Assembly: GCA_044375955.1 (NCBI GenBank)
Contig: JBILLS010000002.1
Span: 17,690-81,689, forward strand
Origin: Candidatus Nanopelagicales bacterium
GTDB taxonomy: Bacteria > Actinomycetota > Actinomycetes > S36-B12
Direction of reading: 5' to 3'
DNA: 64,000 bases
In this document: positions 21,442 through 30,524 of the stretch, one piece after another
How the letters are laid out: the number at the start of each line of letters is the position of its first letter
Position numbering within the stretch: position 1 is the stretch's first letter
Program-made: the position numbers and the translations under genes
Notes under the pieces: generated by a model
What the model saw: only the letters and a program-made list of their open reading frames with translations
Told to the model about the DNA's origin: nothing
Databases searched by the model: none

Positions 21442-23382
21442 GTGCACGCAGTCCTCCTCGCGGCGTACGTGCTTCTTCCCCTGTTGACCTGGTGGAGGAC
21501 ACGCTCGCTCGCATGGACCGTGATCTACGTCGCGGGATCGGTATCCCTTTTCGGTGTGGGCATCAACTTCGTTATCGACTATGTCGGACCCGTCACCTGG
21601 GTCACTCTGCAATGGGTGACTCTGGCTGCATTTGCGCTTCCGCTGGTCCTCGGGCTTACCCTGCCCGCCCGGCACTATGCACCGCGGCGTCGGCAAGTGG
21701 TGGGAATTGCTCTGCCCGTGATTGTTCTGGCTCTCTTCTTCCTCGTGGTGACAACCTGGTGGACGCAGATCCCCGCGTTCCAGACACCCGTAAGTTTTCT
21801 CATGGGCCACGCGCAGGCGGAGGACAACGCAAAGTGGCTTGATTTCACTGCGCACCTGGCCACCGGTGAAGCAATTGAACAAGCAGTTCCACTCGGTGGC
21901 CCACTCCAGTTGTTCCTGATCCCCATCTCGACGTTGATGGCCGTGATCTCGCAGACCTTCTACGGTGGCGTCAATGAAGTGATGGTGGCAGCCAACACGG
22001 TCATTTACGGGCAATTCGCCTTGGTGGCTCTCGCCCCGCTCGCGTTGGCGCCGTTCGCCGAGGCGCGTATACCTGCGCTGAATGGTTGGCGCCGGGTTCC
22101 TGCACCCCTGATCTGGGCTGGCGCACTCGTGATTTCATCCGCTGTCCTTATGGCAACCGCGTACGGGCACATCACCTGGCAATTCAGCGTTCTCGTCGTC
22201 GCGCTGTGGGTGGTCACCTACCTCGTGGAATCCCCGATTCCACGTGCCAGGCTCGTAACGTCCATTGCTGTTATCGCGAGCATGACGGTGTGGTTGCCCA
22301 TGAACGTCATCGCAGCCGTGCTGATCATCGGCTGGTTCGTGGTGCTCGTAGCGACCGGTGCGCGCGGCCGTGGCTGGGACTGGGTGAGTATCGCCTTGGT
22401 CGTGCTGGTCTCGGTGGGAATCTGGCAGCCGCTGCGGTCGAGCTTGGCGTTCGCCAGTGACCTGTCAGCCTCGGGCCTAGGCGTCGGTGGCGGGAAGGTT
22501 GTGGCCGGCGTCATTGCGAATTTCCGTCCCGGCACCTTCGTGGACTCCACCCTGTTCGAGGCGGGTGGAGGCACCGAGAAGACCGGACCGCTTCTCATCG
22601 GCCTCGCTGTCGCCGGGGTGATCGGTGCAGCCGTCCTGTGGGACTTGCGTTCCCGCCGTGCAGGCGCATACACGCGCCTCCTCCCGGTTGGGTTGTTGGC
22701 GGGGTTCCTGGTGGCCCTCCAGACCCTCGATCAGTGGGTGACGGGGTCGGCACCTCACTACGGCTCCTACAAGTTCGGTTTCCTCGTCGCGGTCGTGGTA
22801 GCTGGTGGATGCCTGCCGCTCGCGCTCATGCTGATCTCCCCGGGTGCGCGCGGCATGACCGCTGCCCGGTGGGTCGGGGTCGGGTCCATCGTCATGGTCC
22901 TCCTGGTCGATTCCCTTCTGATCCGTTCCATCGCAGCGGCGCGCCCCGAACAGTGGTCCCCGCCTATTCCCTTCGACAACCCGCGCAGTTACTGGTGGCC
23001 TGCTGACGTCGATGGATCGGCGAGTCAGCCCATCGCAGATAACCCGATTGGGTGCGTCTACCTGCCCGCGGGCGCGAAGGCGCCATCCGGAATCCTCGAC
23101 TCGAAACTCTCCGAGCCTCAGCGGGTCTACTCCTGCACGCGCCTCCTGGCAGGGCTTGCGGGTGAAGATGCGGGCGCGCAGCCCATGGTCGACTGGTTGC
23201 GACGGGAGTGGCTGACGAACACCCGTGCATGGGAGGGCGTGTACGGGTACCTATCCGAAATGCCTGACTCAGTCCTGGATCGTCCAGTGATCTTGCTCGA
23301 CGACGGCAGCAACGTCATCGGCTTGGAGTCCATGCGCTCGTTGCTTGCCCGCTTCCCCGCCACCGCATGGTCGCAGCCTTAG
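21442..23382 (+). CDS. Polytopic membrane protein, putative GT-C glycosyltransferase
   Basis: AAGGAG before GTG 21442; many TM segments; AEDNAKWLDF loop motif; HYGSYK; C-terminal extracytoplasmic domain with two Cys. Confidence 0.6.
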   Translation: MHAVLLAAYVLLPLLTWWRTRSLAWTVIYVAGSVSLFGVGINFVIDYVGPVTWVTLQWVTLAAFALPLVLGLTLPARHYAPRRRQVVGIALPVIVLALFFLVVTTWWTQIPAFQTPVSFLMGHAQAEDNAKWLDFTAHLATGEAIEQAVPLGGPLQLFLIPISTLMAVISQTFYGGVNEVMVAANTVIYGQFALVALAPLALAPFAEARIPALNGWRRVPAPLIWAGALVISSAVLMATAYGHITWQFSVLVVALWVVTYLVESPIPRARLVTSIAVIASMTVWLPMNVIAAVLIIGWFVVLVATGARGRGWDWVSIALVVLVSVGIWQPLRSSLAFASDLSASGLGVGGGKVVAGVIANFRPGTFVDSTLFEAGGGTEKTGPLLIGLAVAGVIGAAVLWDLRSRRAGAYTRLLPVGLLAGFLVALQTLDQWVTGSAPHYGSYKFGFLVAVVVAGGCLPLALMLISPGARGMTAARWVGVGSIVMVLLVDSLLIRSIAAARPEQWSPPIPFDNPRSYWWPADVDGSASQPIADNPIGCVYLPAGAKAPSGILDSKLSEPQRVYSCTRLLAGLAGEDAGAQPMVDWLRREWLTNTRAWEGVYGYLSEMPDSVLDRPVILLDDGSNVIGLESMRSLLARFPATAWSQP

Positions 23383-24290
23383 GCGGGCAGCAGCGACGCC
23401 GCATGCCGTTGAGCGATATCGAGGTACACCTGCTTCATCCCGGCGGGCAGGGGTGTCAGCGGCAGCGTGGTGGTGACCGCATCATGATCGGGGATGAGTC
23501 GAAGGTCCGGTGACTGGACCGCGGCGCTGGCATCCATCCCGGCTGCGATGGGAATGCGTACTCGCGTGATGTCACGCATCAACGAGATGACATGACCGAG
23601 CGTCTGAGATTGGCCGTTCGCTACCACCCGCACGGCTGACTCCTGGGCGTGCAGAGCCACGTGCGCCCAGTGCAGGGCGCGAGCGGCCGCGTCGTCTGAG
23701 TGGATGTAGTCGCGAATCGTGTCGAGCGGGACGTACATGCGCACGGGCTGTTTCGTCACTGCGGCAAGCGCAAGACGGGAAATCAGTCCTTGGATTTTAC
23801 GGAGGTCCTGGCCGGGTCCGTAGAGGTTGCTCACCCGTGACGTGACCACGGGACAGCGAAGAGCCTCGTTCGCGACCCGCTCTTGGGCCAGTTTGAGATC
23901 ACCGTAGGTACCGAGGGGATGGGGTGTGGACGACCTTGTGAAGGGCGGGTGCTCCGACCCCGCGTACACCCCACCTGCGGAGGACGTGAGCAAGAAGACA
24001 CCCCGCCCACGGGGTTGGTTTTCTGCGAGGTGATCGATGAAACGGGTGAACGTAGTTAGCTCGTCCACGGCCGCTTCCGGGCTGCTGTTTGTGGTGACGC
24101 GACCTGCAGCCCAGGTGATGCACCAGTCACCGTTCGTAGCCTGGGAAAAATCGTCAAGCGTCGACGAGAGAACGGATAGTGCTGCGCCTGAGTCGTTCCA
24201 CGGGATCGTCGGCCCGAGGAAGGGATTCTCGGCTGCGCGGGCGAGGGCGCTGCCGAAGAGGCCACCCGCGCCGATAATCCAGGTGCGCAC
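23379..24290 (-). CDS. NAD-dependent epimerase/dehydratase
   Basis: IGAGGLFG, SSAGGVY, YGDLK (YxxxK), RVSNLYGPGQ and RDYIH motifs. Confidence 0.88.
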   Translation of the reverse strand: MRTWIIGAGGLFGSALARAAENPFLGPTIPWNDSGAALSVLSSTLDDFSQATNGDWCITWAAGRVTTNSSPEAAVDELTTFTRFIDHLAENQPRGRGVFLLTSSAGGVYAGSEHPPFTRSSTPHPLGTYGDLKLAQERVANEALRCPVVTSRVSNLYGPGQDLRKIQGLISRLALAAVTKQPVRMYVPLDTIRDYIHSDDAAARALHWAHVALHAQESAVRVVANGQSQTLGHVISLMRDITRVRIPIAAGMDASAAVQSPDLRLIPDHDAVTTTLPLTPLPAGMKQVYLDIAQRHAASLLPA

Positions 24291-24292
24291 GA

Positions 24293-25285
24293 TCAGGTGC
24301 GAGGCGTATCGGTTGGATCGAAAGTGAGTGCTGGATCACGCACAACCACGTACAGCGGCTTACCCAGACTCATGTTCGTCGCCGCGCCTACGTACTGCGC
24401 AATGATGCCAAGGCTTAGCAGGATGGCGCCGCCGATGAGCATGAGCGCTATGAAGGTGGATGCCCAGCCCGCGATCACCAACTCGCCGACGATGCGCTGG
24501 TAGATCACCCACACGCTCACCGCCGCCCCCAGAAGGACGAACAGCACACCCAGCCATGAGACGAAGATCAGCGGGCGCGTGCCGGAGGAGACAATCAACC
24601 GTCCGAAGTGACTGAACAATCGGCGGTAGCTGTAGTTCGTCGCGGCTCTCCCTTCGCCGCGAGAGACGACCGGACAGGTAGTGACATCAGCGACCACCCA
24701 GCTCAGTGCGACATCCAGGTAGACCCCGGCACCGGTATATGCCGCCACGCTGCGCCCGATCTCTCCGAGGATGAGTCGGAAGCTGTTAAATTCCGCGAAG
24801 TCCCCCTCCGCAAGAGCGTTGACGAAGAGCTTCTTGCTGATCTTCGATCCCGCATTGCGCACCGCACCGTGCGGAGGTGGGTTTGTGGGACGTCCGTAGA
24901 CCAGTTGAGCACCACGGTCGTAGGCAGCATCAAGCATCGCTGGGATACATGCTGGGTCGTTCTGACCGTCCTCGTCCATGGTGACAATCCACTCGCCACC
25001 CGACGAGGTCATGCCCGCCAGAGTCGCGGCGTGTTGGCCGAAGTTCCTGCTGAGCCAGACCGGGCGCACCCACGGATAACGCGCCGCTAGTTCGCGCAGG
25101 GTTTGATCCGATTTCCCTGGACCCCGGTCCCAGACCAGAAGGACCTCGTGCACGTGAAAAGAGTGGCCACGGGGTGTGCGCTGAACGTGGGTGAGAGGCT
25201 CAATCTCAGCGATCAGGCCTGGCAGAGTGTTTTCCCCGCGATAGACGGGGATCACGATGCTGACGGAGCTATCACTGCCCTGCAC
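24293..25285 (-). CDS. GT2 polyprenol-phosphate glycosyltransferase (GtrB/ArnC/DPM1-like)
   Basis: SIVIPVY, LSRNFGQHAATLAG, TMDEDGQNDP, two C-terminal TM helices with GWAS and KPLYVV. Start moved to GTG 25285. Confidence 0.88.
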   Translation of the reverse strand: MQGSDSSVSIVIPVYRGENTLPGLIAEIEPLTHVQRTPRGHSFHVHEVLLVWDRGPGKSDQTLRELAARYPWVRPVWLSRNFGQHAATLAGMTSSGGEWIVTMDEDGQNDPACIPAMLDAAYDRGAQLVYGRPTNPPPHGAVRNAGSKISKKLFVNALAEGDFAEFNSFRLILGEIGRSVAAYTGAGVYLDVALSWVVADVTTCPVVSRGEGRAATNYSYRRLFSHFGRLIVSSGTRPLIFVSWLGVLFVLLGAAVSVWVIYQRIVGELVIAGWASTFIALMLIGGAILLSLGIIAQYVGAATNMSLGKPLYVVVRDPALTFDPTDTPRT

Positions 25286-25325
25286 GCACGAGAGTCTAGG
25301 GGGGCCGGGGTAGCCGCCAGAGTGC

Positions 25326-26318
25326 TCAGCGTGGTTGCAGGGCCCGCGAGAGGCGTGACAGGTTGGCCCGCCAATCGGCATCTTGGCTCACCCGGGTGCG
25401 GGCACGCTCGGCCAGGTGCGCAACCGCTGCCGGTGGAGACTCGAGCGCTGCGCCCATTTGGACGGAAAGGTCGTAGGAATCTGCCGTGCGGAACAGGAAA
25501 CCGGTGATGCCGTTGTCCACCCAAGCTTGATTTCCTGGGATATCGGAGACGATCACCGGTGTGCCGCAGGCCATCGCCTGGAGCAGTGTGACCGAGGTTC
25601 CATCTACGGAGCTCGCTGACACGTAGAGATCGACAGCGCGAAGCAGAGCCGCGAGGTCTGTCTCAGGAACGGATCCCAGAAAGTGCGTGCGGTCAGCGAT
25701 CCCGCGTGCATCGACCTGTTCCCGCAGTTTCCCCGTGAGCGAGCCTGTGTGGCCGATGAGGAGATGAGTGTTTGGGATTCTGACGTTCGCGAACGCATCG
25801 ATGATGTCGACTACCCGGTACTGCGGCTCGTGGGCGCGGAGGGAGAGCACCGTGCGCGAACCGGCGGGAACGCCCAATCGGTATAGATCTGCCTTTGGCC
25901 CTGACTCCTGGAAGATGTCGAGATCAACTCCCCACGGCAGGAAGGTGATGCGGGAGGGGTCCACGCCTGCCGTGATGGCGATTTCGCGGGTGGCGGGTGA
26001 ATCGACTATCAGGCCATCGATCTTCCTTAGCCATGAGATATCTGCCAGGTCCTGCAGATCGAAACCCCAGGACAGCCCGATCACACGTGCCGGGATGTTG
26101 ACGAGGTTTCGGGTGACAGTGGTAAGCGGCCCGGCGAGGACCGGGGTGTCATCTCCCGCCTGCTGTGTGACGTGGCGCGTGAGTTCCGAGGAATCCGCGA
26201 CATCAATTCCGAGTCGGACTATGCGTGGGGTGAATCCCAGAGTGGAGAGGGCGCTTGTCCACCTCTCGTCGTGAATCCCCCACCCCTCGGTGACGTAGAC
26301 ACATGCGCTCACGCTCAC
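25326..26318 (-). CDS. Glycosyltransferase family 4
   Basis: PWGVD, DLYVSASSVDGTSVTLLQAMACGTPVIVSDIPGN, TGFLF. Confidence 0.88.
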   Translation of the reverse strand: MSVSACVYVTEGWGIHDERWTSALSTLGFTPRIVRLGIDVADSSELTRHVTQQAGDDTPVLAGPLTTVTRNLVNIPARVIGLSWGFDLQDLADISWLRKIDGLIVDSPATREIAITAGVDPSRITFLPWGVDLDIFQESGPKADLYRLGVPAGSRTVLSLRAHEPQYRVVDIIDAFANVRIPNTHLLIGHTGSLTGKLREQVDARGIADRTHFLGSVPETDLAALLRAVDLYVSASSVDGTSVTLLQAMACGTPVIVSDIPGNQAWVDNGITGFLFRTADSYDLSVQMGAALESPPAAVAHLAERARTRVSQDADWRANLSRLSRALQPR

Positions 26319-27385
26319 CCCTGGAGGTCGGACCAGGTGAGGGACTCACCGGTGACCAGGGCCCTCGCTGTTGTGCGACCCACGGCGTCACCAACGTCGT
26401 GCGCAGGAATCGCATCCAGCGGCGCCGGACGCAGCACCTCGAGGTCTTCGCGGCGAAGGACTGCCCCAGCAGGCAGATCGCGTGCCGCGCGTACGCAGCG
26501 GCGCTGGAGCACCACGGTCTGTGACTCGTTACCTTCGATCTTCTTCACCCCGTCGCCGAGTGCTGCCTCCAGCATGCGCGCGTCGTCCACCATGGCGCGC
26601 CAGGTGGTCGGGTCCATGGAGAAGCCATGGTCGGGTCCAGTACGGCGGGTGTCATCCGTGAAGTGCTTCTCGATCGCACGTGCCCCTAGCGCTATCGCGC
26701 CGAGAACGGTCACGTGACCGGGGGTGTGATCCGATAGCCCCAGTGTGACATCGGGAAACAGCTCTGCGTATTCGGTCAGCACCTCAAGATTGACGTGGTG
26801 GATGTTGTCGATCGTCCCCTCGTAGTTCGTGTTGCATTGCATGAGTACCACCGAGACGTTGGCTTCTTGAAGAACATCCATCGCCCGCGTGACGTCCTCG
26901 ATTGTCGCCGCACCTGTCGCAAGAATTATCGGCTTTCCCTTGCTGGCCATGTAGGTCAACTCCTCGATCCAGTTGATGTCCCCGGAGCCAACCTTGTAGG
27001 CGTTCACGAACGGGTCGATGTGATCCACGGCCTCGAGGTCGTAAGGCGCGGACATGAACTCGATACCGATGTCCTGTGCATGACGGGCAAGCTGGGCAGT
27101 CCACTCCCAGGGCAGGCTTGCGTCCTGGTACACCTCGAAAACCGACTTGCTCCACGTGGCCTGGTGGGACTGCTGGCTCCCCAAAGACCTGAATCCGTAA
27201 TCGCTGACGATATGCGGCGCGCGGAAGTGCTGGAACTTCGCGCAGTCGGCCCCGGCCTCCTTCGCCAGTGTCATGAGGCTCAAAGCGCGTTGCAGGTCAC
27301 CATCATGATTCGCAGCGATATCAGCGATGAAGTACGTGGGCTCACTCGCACCTATGCGTCGGTTGCCAATCGCGAAGGACACCAC
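26315..27385 (-). CDS. N-acetylneuraminate/nonulosonate synthase family (NeuB/PseI/LegI) with C-terminal SAF domain
   Basis: ADIAANHDGD, AKFQ, KVGSGD, GLSDHT, IEKHFT, GPDH and RRCVRAARDL motifs. Confidence 0.92.
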   Translation of the reverse strand: MVSFAIGNRRIGASEPTYFIADIAANHDGDLQRALSLMTLAKEAGADCAKFQHFRAPHIVSDYGFRSLGSQQSHQATWSKSVFEVYQDASLPWEWTAQLARHAQDIGIEFMSAPYDLEAVDHIDPFVNAYKVGSGDINWIEELTYMASKGKPIILATGAATIEDVTRAMDVLQEANVSVVLMQCNTNYEGTIDNIHHVNLEVLTEYAELFPDVTLGLSDHTPGHVTVLGAIALGARAIEKHFTDDTRRTGPDHGFSMDPTTWRAMVDDARMLEAALGDGVKKIEGNESQTVVLQRRCVRAARDLPAGAVLRREDLEVLRPAPLDAIPAHDVGDAVGRTTARALVTGESLTWSDLQG

Positions 27386-27426
27386 ATCTTTACTCTAGTG
27401 CGCGTTCGTGTGTCGACACGGATCGC

Positions 27427-28197
27427 TCAACGCCGTGACTGAAGTGTGCGCGCAGCTTCGAGGAGAAATACGGAGTTGCCCCAGACGTAGCGATGTCCCA
27501 GTCGTCTCGGTTCTCGCGCGAAGCGATACGCCCATTCCAGGCCACTGCGTTGCATCCATGCGGGGGCCTGGGGAGTGGTTCCCGCAAGGAAGTCGAATGC
27601 GGCACCTACTGCCAGAGCGACCACGGGGACGTTGGCGGCAAGGCGCGCAACCTCGAAGTCCTGCTTCGGGGTGCCGAGACCTACCCACACCATGGTGGCT
27701 CCGGATTCGATGATGCGCTGGTCGCGGTCGGCCAACTCCTGCGGTGTCGGGTCGCGGAAGGGGGGGCTCTCGCTTCCGACCACCGTCGCGTTCGGGAATC
27801 GGGCAGCGAGCCGGGTTGTGAGTTGCTCCAACACGTCCGGGGATGCACCCAGCAAGAAGTGGCGTGGCTCATTCAGTTGCGAACGCTCAAGCACCATGGT
27901 CATGGCGTCCGGCCCATACACGCGCTCCCAGTCGTGAGCCTGCTCGGGGTAGGCGCGTTTGCCCACCCATGTGATCGGAACCCCGTCGCTGAAGACGTAG
28001 TCAGCAGAGTTGAGCATGCGCGCGTAATCGGGATCGGTGCGGGCGAGGGCGACGTTGTAGGCGTTTGCGAAATGCACTGCGATGCCTGGGTGACCCTCGT
28101 AGGCCAACCGATTGGGCAGGCCCAGGAGGTGCGTGACCGCACTCCGGAGAGGCATGACTGAGAAGTCCACGGTGCCGATCCGACGACGGGGTATCAC
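27427..28197 (-). CDS. WecB/TagA/CpsF (GT26) glycosyltransferase
   Basis: FSDGVP, RVYGPD, SPPFR, WVGLGTPKQD, VGAAFDFLAG, GLEWAYRFAREPRRL. Start GTG 28197 overlaps the upstream stop (GTGA). Confidence 0.92.
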   Translation of the reverse strand: MIPRRRIGTVDFSVMPLRSAVTHLLGLPNRLAYEGHPGIAVHFANAYNVALARTDPDYARMLNSADYVFSDGVPITWVGKRAYPEQAHDWERVYGPDAMTMVLERSQLNEPRHFLLGASPDVLEQLTTRLAARFPNATVVGSESPPFRDPTPQELADRDQRIIESGATMVWVGLGTPKQDFEVARLAANVPVVALAVGAAFDFLAGTTPQAPAWMQRSGLEWAYRFAREPRRLGHRYVWGNSVFLLEAARTLQSRR

Positions 28198-29081
28198 GTG
28201 TCGGCCCCACTTCTGTCGCTGGGAGGGCTCGTCGACGTGGTCAGCGATCCGCGAGCGCGGAGGCCGACGTAGACGATCCGGCGGGCGGTGGTGGTGATGT
28301 GTCGGCCGAGCACCGCTCGGGTCCGGTCCGCGTGGGAGAGCTCCGGCGCGTGCGCGGTGGCGTAACGGTCCTGCCACCGTCGGGTCTGCTGTCCTTGCGC
28401 CGACGCGATGCGGGTGGACCAGGACGTGGCGCTCACTCGGAAAGCCCCGATGGACTCACGGCGCACGGCAACCGGGCCCGATGGTGCCACCTTCTCGTAG
28501 GTGCTCAGGTCCAGCATGAGCGGGTCGGAGTCATCCCAAGGCATCGCTCTTTGAAGCGCGTCTGTGCGGAACAGAACGGCCAGCGGTTCTCCGATGATGT
28601 TGGTGCCCTGCAGGTAGCAGGCGCGCACGAGTTGAGCGCCTTCGATTGTCGCTCCGAGTGATGCGGGGATCCCGGATAGGCCACGTCGGCGATACACGAT
28701 TCGCGAGTTGGCGTCGATGATGTCGCGTTGGGCGACAGCCATGACCGCCTGCGAATGCTCGGTGAGGTCGTGCACCTGCATGGTGATCGCATGCGGGTAG
28801 AGCACGTCGTCCTGGCAGATCAGCTTGGTAAATGCCCCGTGGGCTTCCATGGTTGCCGCAGTCCAGTTCTGGGCGGCGCTCGTGCCGGCCGGCATGCGGA
28901 TGGTGCGAATGCGCGGATCGTTCAGTGTGGTGAGGAATTCCAGACTGTCGTCTGTGCTACCCCCGTCACTGAAGATGATTTCGAGGTTCGAATAGGTCTG
29001 CCCGGTGATGCTTCGCGCAAGCTCAATCAGGTAGGGCATGCCGTTGAACACCGGCACGACCACGGATACCAGCGGCTGCAT
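28194..29081 (-). CDS. Glycosyltransferase family 2
   Basis: MQPLVSVVVPVFNG, SDGGSTD, LICQDD and NIIGEP motifs. Confidence 0.9.
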   Translation of the reverse strand: MQPLVSVVVPVFNGMPYLIELARSITGQTYSNLEIIFSDGGSTDDSLEFLTTLNDPRIRTIRMPAGTSAAQNWTAATMEAHGAFTKLICQDDVLYPHAITMQVHDLTEHSQAVMAVAQRDIIDANSRIVYRRRGLSGIPASLGATIEGAQLVRACYLQGTNIIGEPLAVLFRTDALQRAMPWDDSDPLMLDLSTYEKVAPSGPVAVRRESIGAFRVSATSWSTRIASAQGQQTRRWQDRYATAHAPELSHADRTRAVLGRHITTTARRIVYVGLRARGSLTTSTSPPSDRSGADT

Positions 29082-29101
29082 GGCGATTAGTATCGCGAAC
29101 T

Positions 29102-30520
29102 GTGAGCGGCCCCACCTCGGCGCGTGCTGGGTCGCGTGGTGCGGTCGTGGGAGCGGCACTCGCTGCTGGTCTGATCGCGACCATCCTGATATCGGTGCTA
29201 GCGCGGGCGGCCGGGAGTGATCCCGGTCCTGCTTATCCGCCCCTGGTGTGGTCGGCGGCAGCGGTCCTTCTGGTGGTGGGGCTCCTGGCCCTCTTCGTGC
29301 GGCGCATCGACATCCGTCTGGGCGGCGGTTTCCCGTGGTTGATCGGCGTCATCTCCCTGGTCGCGGCTGTGGTGCCGTGGTGGGCCGTGGCCGAGGGGAA
29401 CCCGATCCTGGGCGAAGCGATCTACCGAGGGCTTCGGGTTCCGCAGGGCATTGTGCAGTTCTGGGATCTGTCCCTGGTGATGCAGAGTGTCGACTGCGCA
29501 CGTTTCGGCTTCGACGTGTATGTCGACAACAACGGGTGCATGCAGGACGCGTCAATCTATGCGCCGGGCACCCTGTGGTTGCAATACGTTCCCGGGTCGG
29601 TGTTCTCTCAGGAGTCGGTCACGGTCCTGGGCGTGATCATGATGGTGATCACATCGCTGGTCCTGGTGTGGTTGGCGCGTCAGTCCTCCGGCATCGGCCA
29701 GATCGTGCTCGGCGTTGCGGCTCTCGGTGCACCGTGGATGTTGCTGCTCGAACGCGGCAACATCGATGCGGTGTTGCTGTGGTCGGCGGCGATCACCGTG
29801 ATCCTGGTGCGTCGCTGGAATGCGCTCTGGGCGTGGTCACTGGCCGCCGCCCTGGTGTGGCTGATGGGAACGTGGAAGTACTACCCGTTCGTTATGGGCC
29901 TGATGCTCATCCCGGTACTTCGTCTGCGCCGCGGCTGGATGGTGATCGCCGGATTCCTCGTCGCAAGTGCGGTGTTCGTGATCCTCACATGGGAGAACGT
30001 GCTCTTCAGCCTCGATTCCAACAGCGCGATGATCAACTTGGACGATTACGTAGTGCTGGGCCGCGTACCGGTCGTGGCCCGCATGTGGGGTGGCGATCCC
30101 GGTATCTGGCAGGGCGCCGATCTCCTCGTAGCGGCGCTGGCTGTGGTTGCCCTCGTCTGGGGAATCGGCGTGGGCCTAGCCAGTGGCGTTCGTCGGCCGT
30201 GGCTGTCAATGCTGGCCGTGGCCGGGGCATCTATCTATCTGGTGAGCGTGCTGGTCGCCGGATTCGGCTGGGGCTACAAGGCGGTGTTCCTGCTCCTCAC
30301 CGTTCCGCTGGTGTCGCGTCTGGTGTCGTCCCGGATCCGGGTGCTGCTGGCCTCAGGCGTTGCCGTGCTCGCGTTGATCGGTGTGCAGTCCGTGGTGGTG
30401 TGGAACACGGTGCTCGCGACCTCGGCTGGGCTCATCGCTGCCTCGTTCAGTGCAGGTGTCGCGGGTGTCGTGCTGTGGCGCAGCATTCGAGAGGTGAGCC
30501 CTTCACGGCCTCTAGTCTGA
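29102..30520 (+). CDS. Polytopic membrane protein, GT87-like GT-C glycosyltransferase
   Basis: FWDL loop motif, YAP, LLERGNID and KYYP, resembling DUF2029/GT87 motifs. Confidence 0.65.
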   Translation: MSGPTSARAGSRGAVVGAALAAGLIATILISVLARAAGSDPGPAYPPLVWSAAAVLLVVGLLALFVRRIDIRLGGGFPWLIGVISLVAAVVPWWAVAEGNPILGEAIYRGLRVPQGIVQFWDLSLVMQSVDCARFGFDVYVDNNGCMQDASIYAPGTLWLQYVPGSVFSQESVTVLGVIMMVITSLVLVWLARQSSGIGQIVLGVAALGAPWMLLLERGNIDAVLLWSAAITVILVRRWNALWAWSLAAALVWLMGTWKYYPFVMGLMLIPVLRLRRGWMVIAGFLVASAVFVILTWENVLFSLDSNSAMINLDDYVVLGRVPVVARMWGGDPGIWQGADLLVAALAVVALVWGIGVGLASGVRRPWLSMLAVAGASIYLVSVLVAGFGWGYKAVFLLLTVPLVSRLVSSRIRVLLASGVAVLALIGVQSVVVWNTVLATSAGLIAASFSAGVAGVVLWRSIREVSPSRPLV

Positions 30521-30524
30521 GGGT

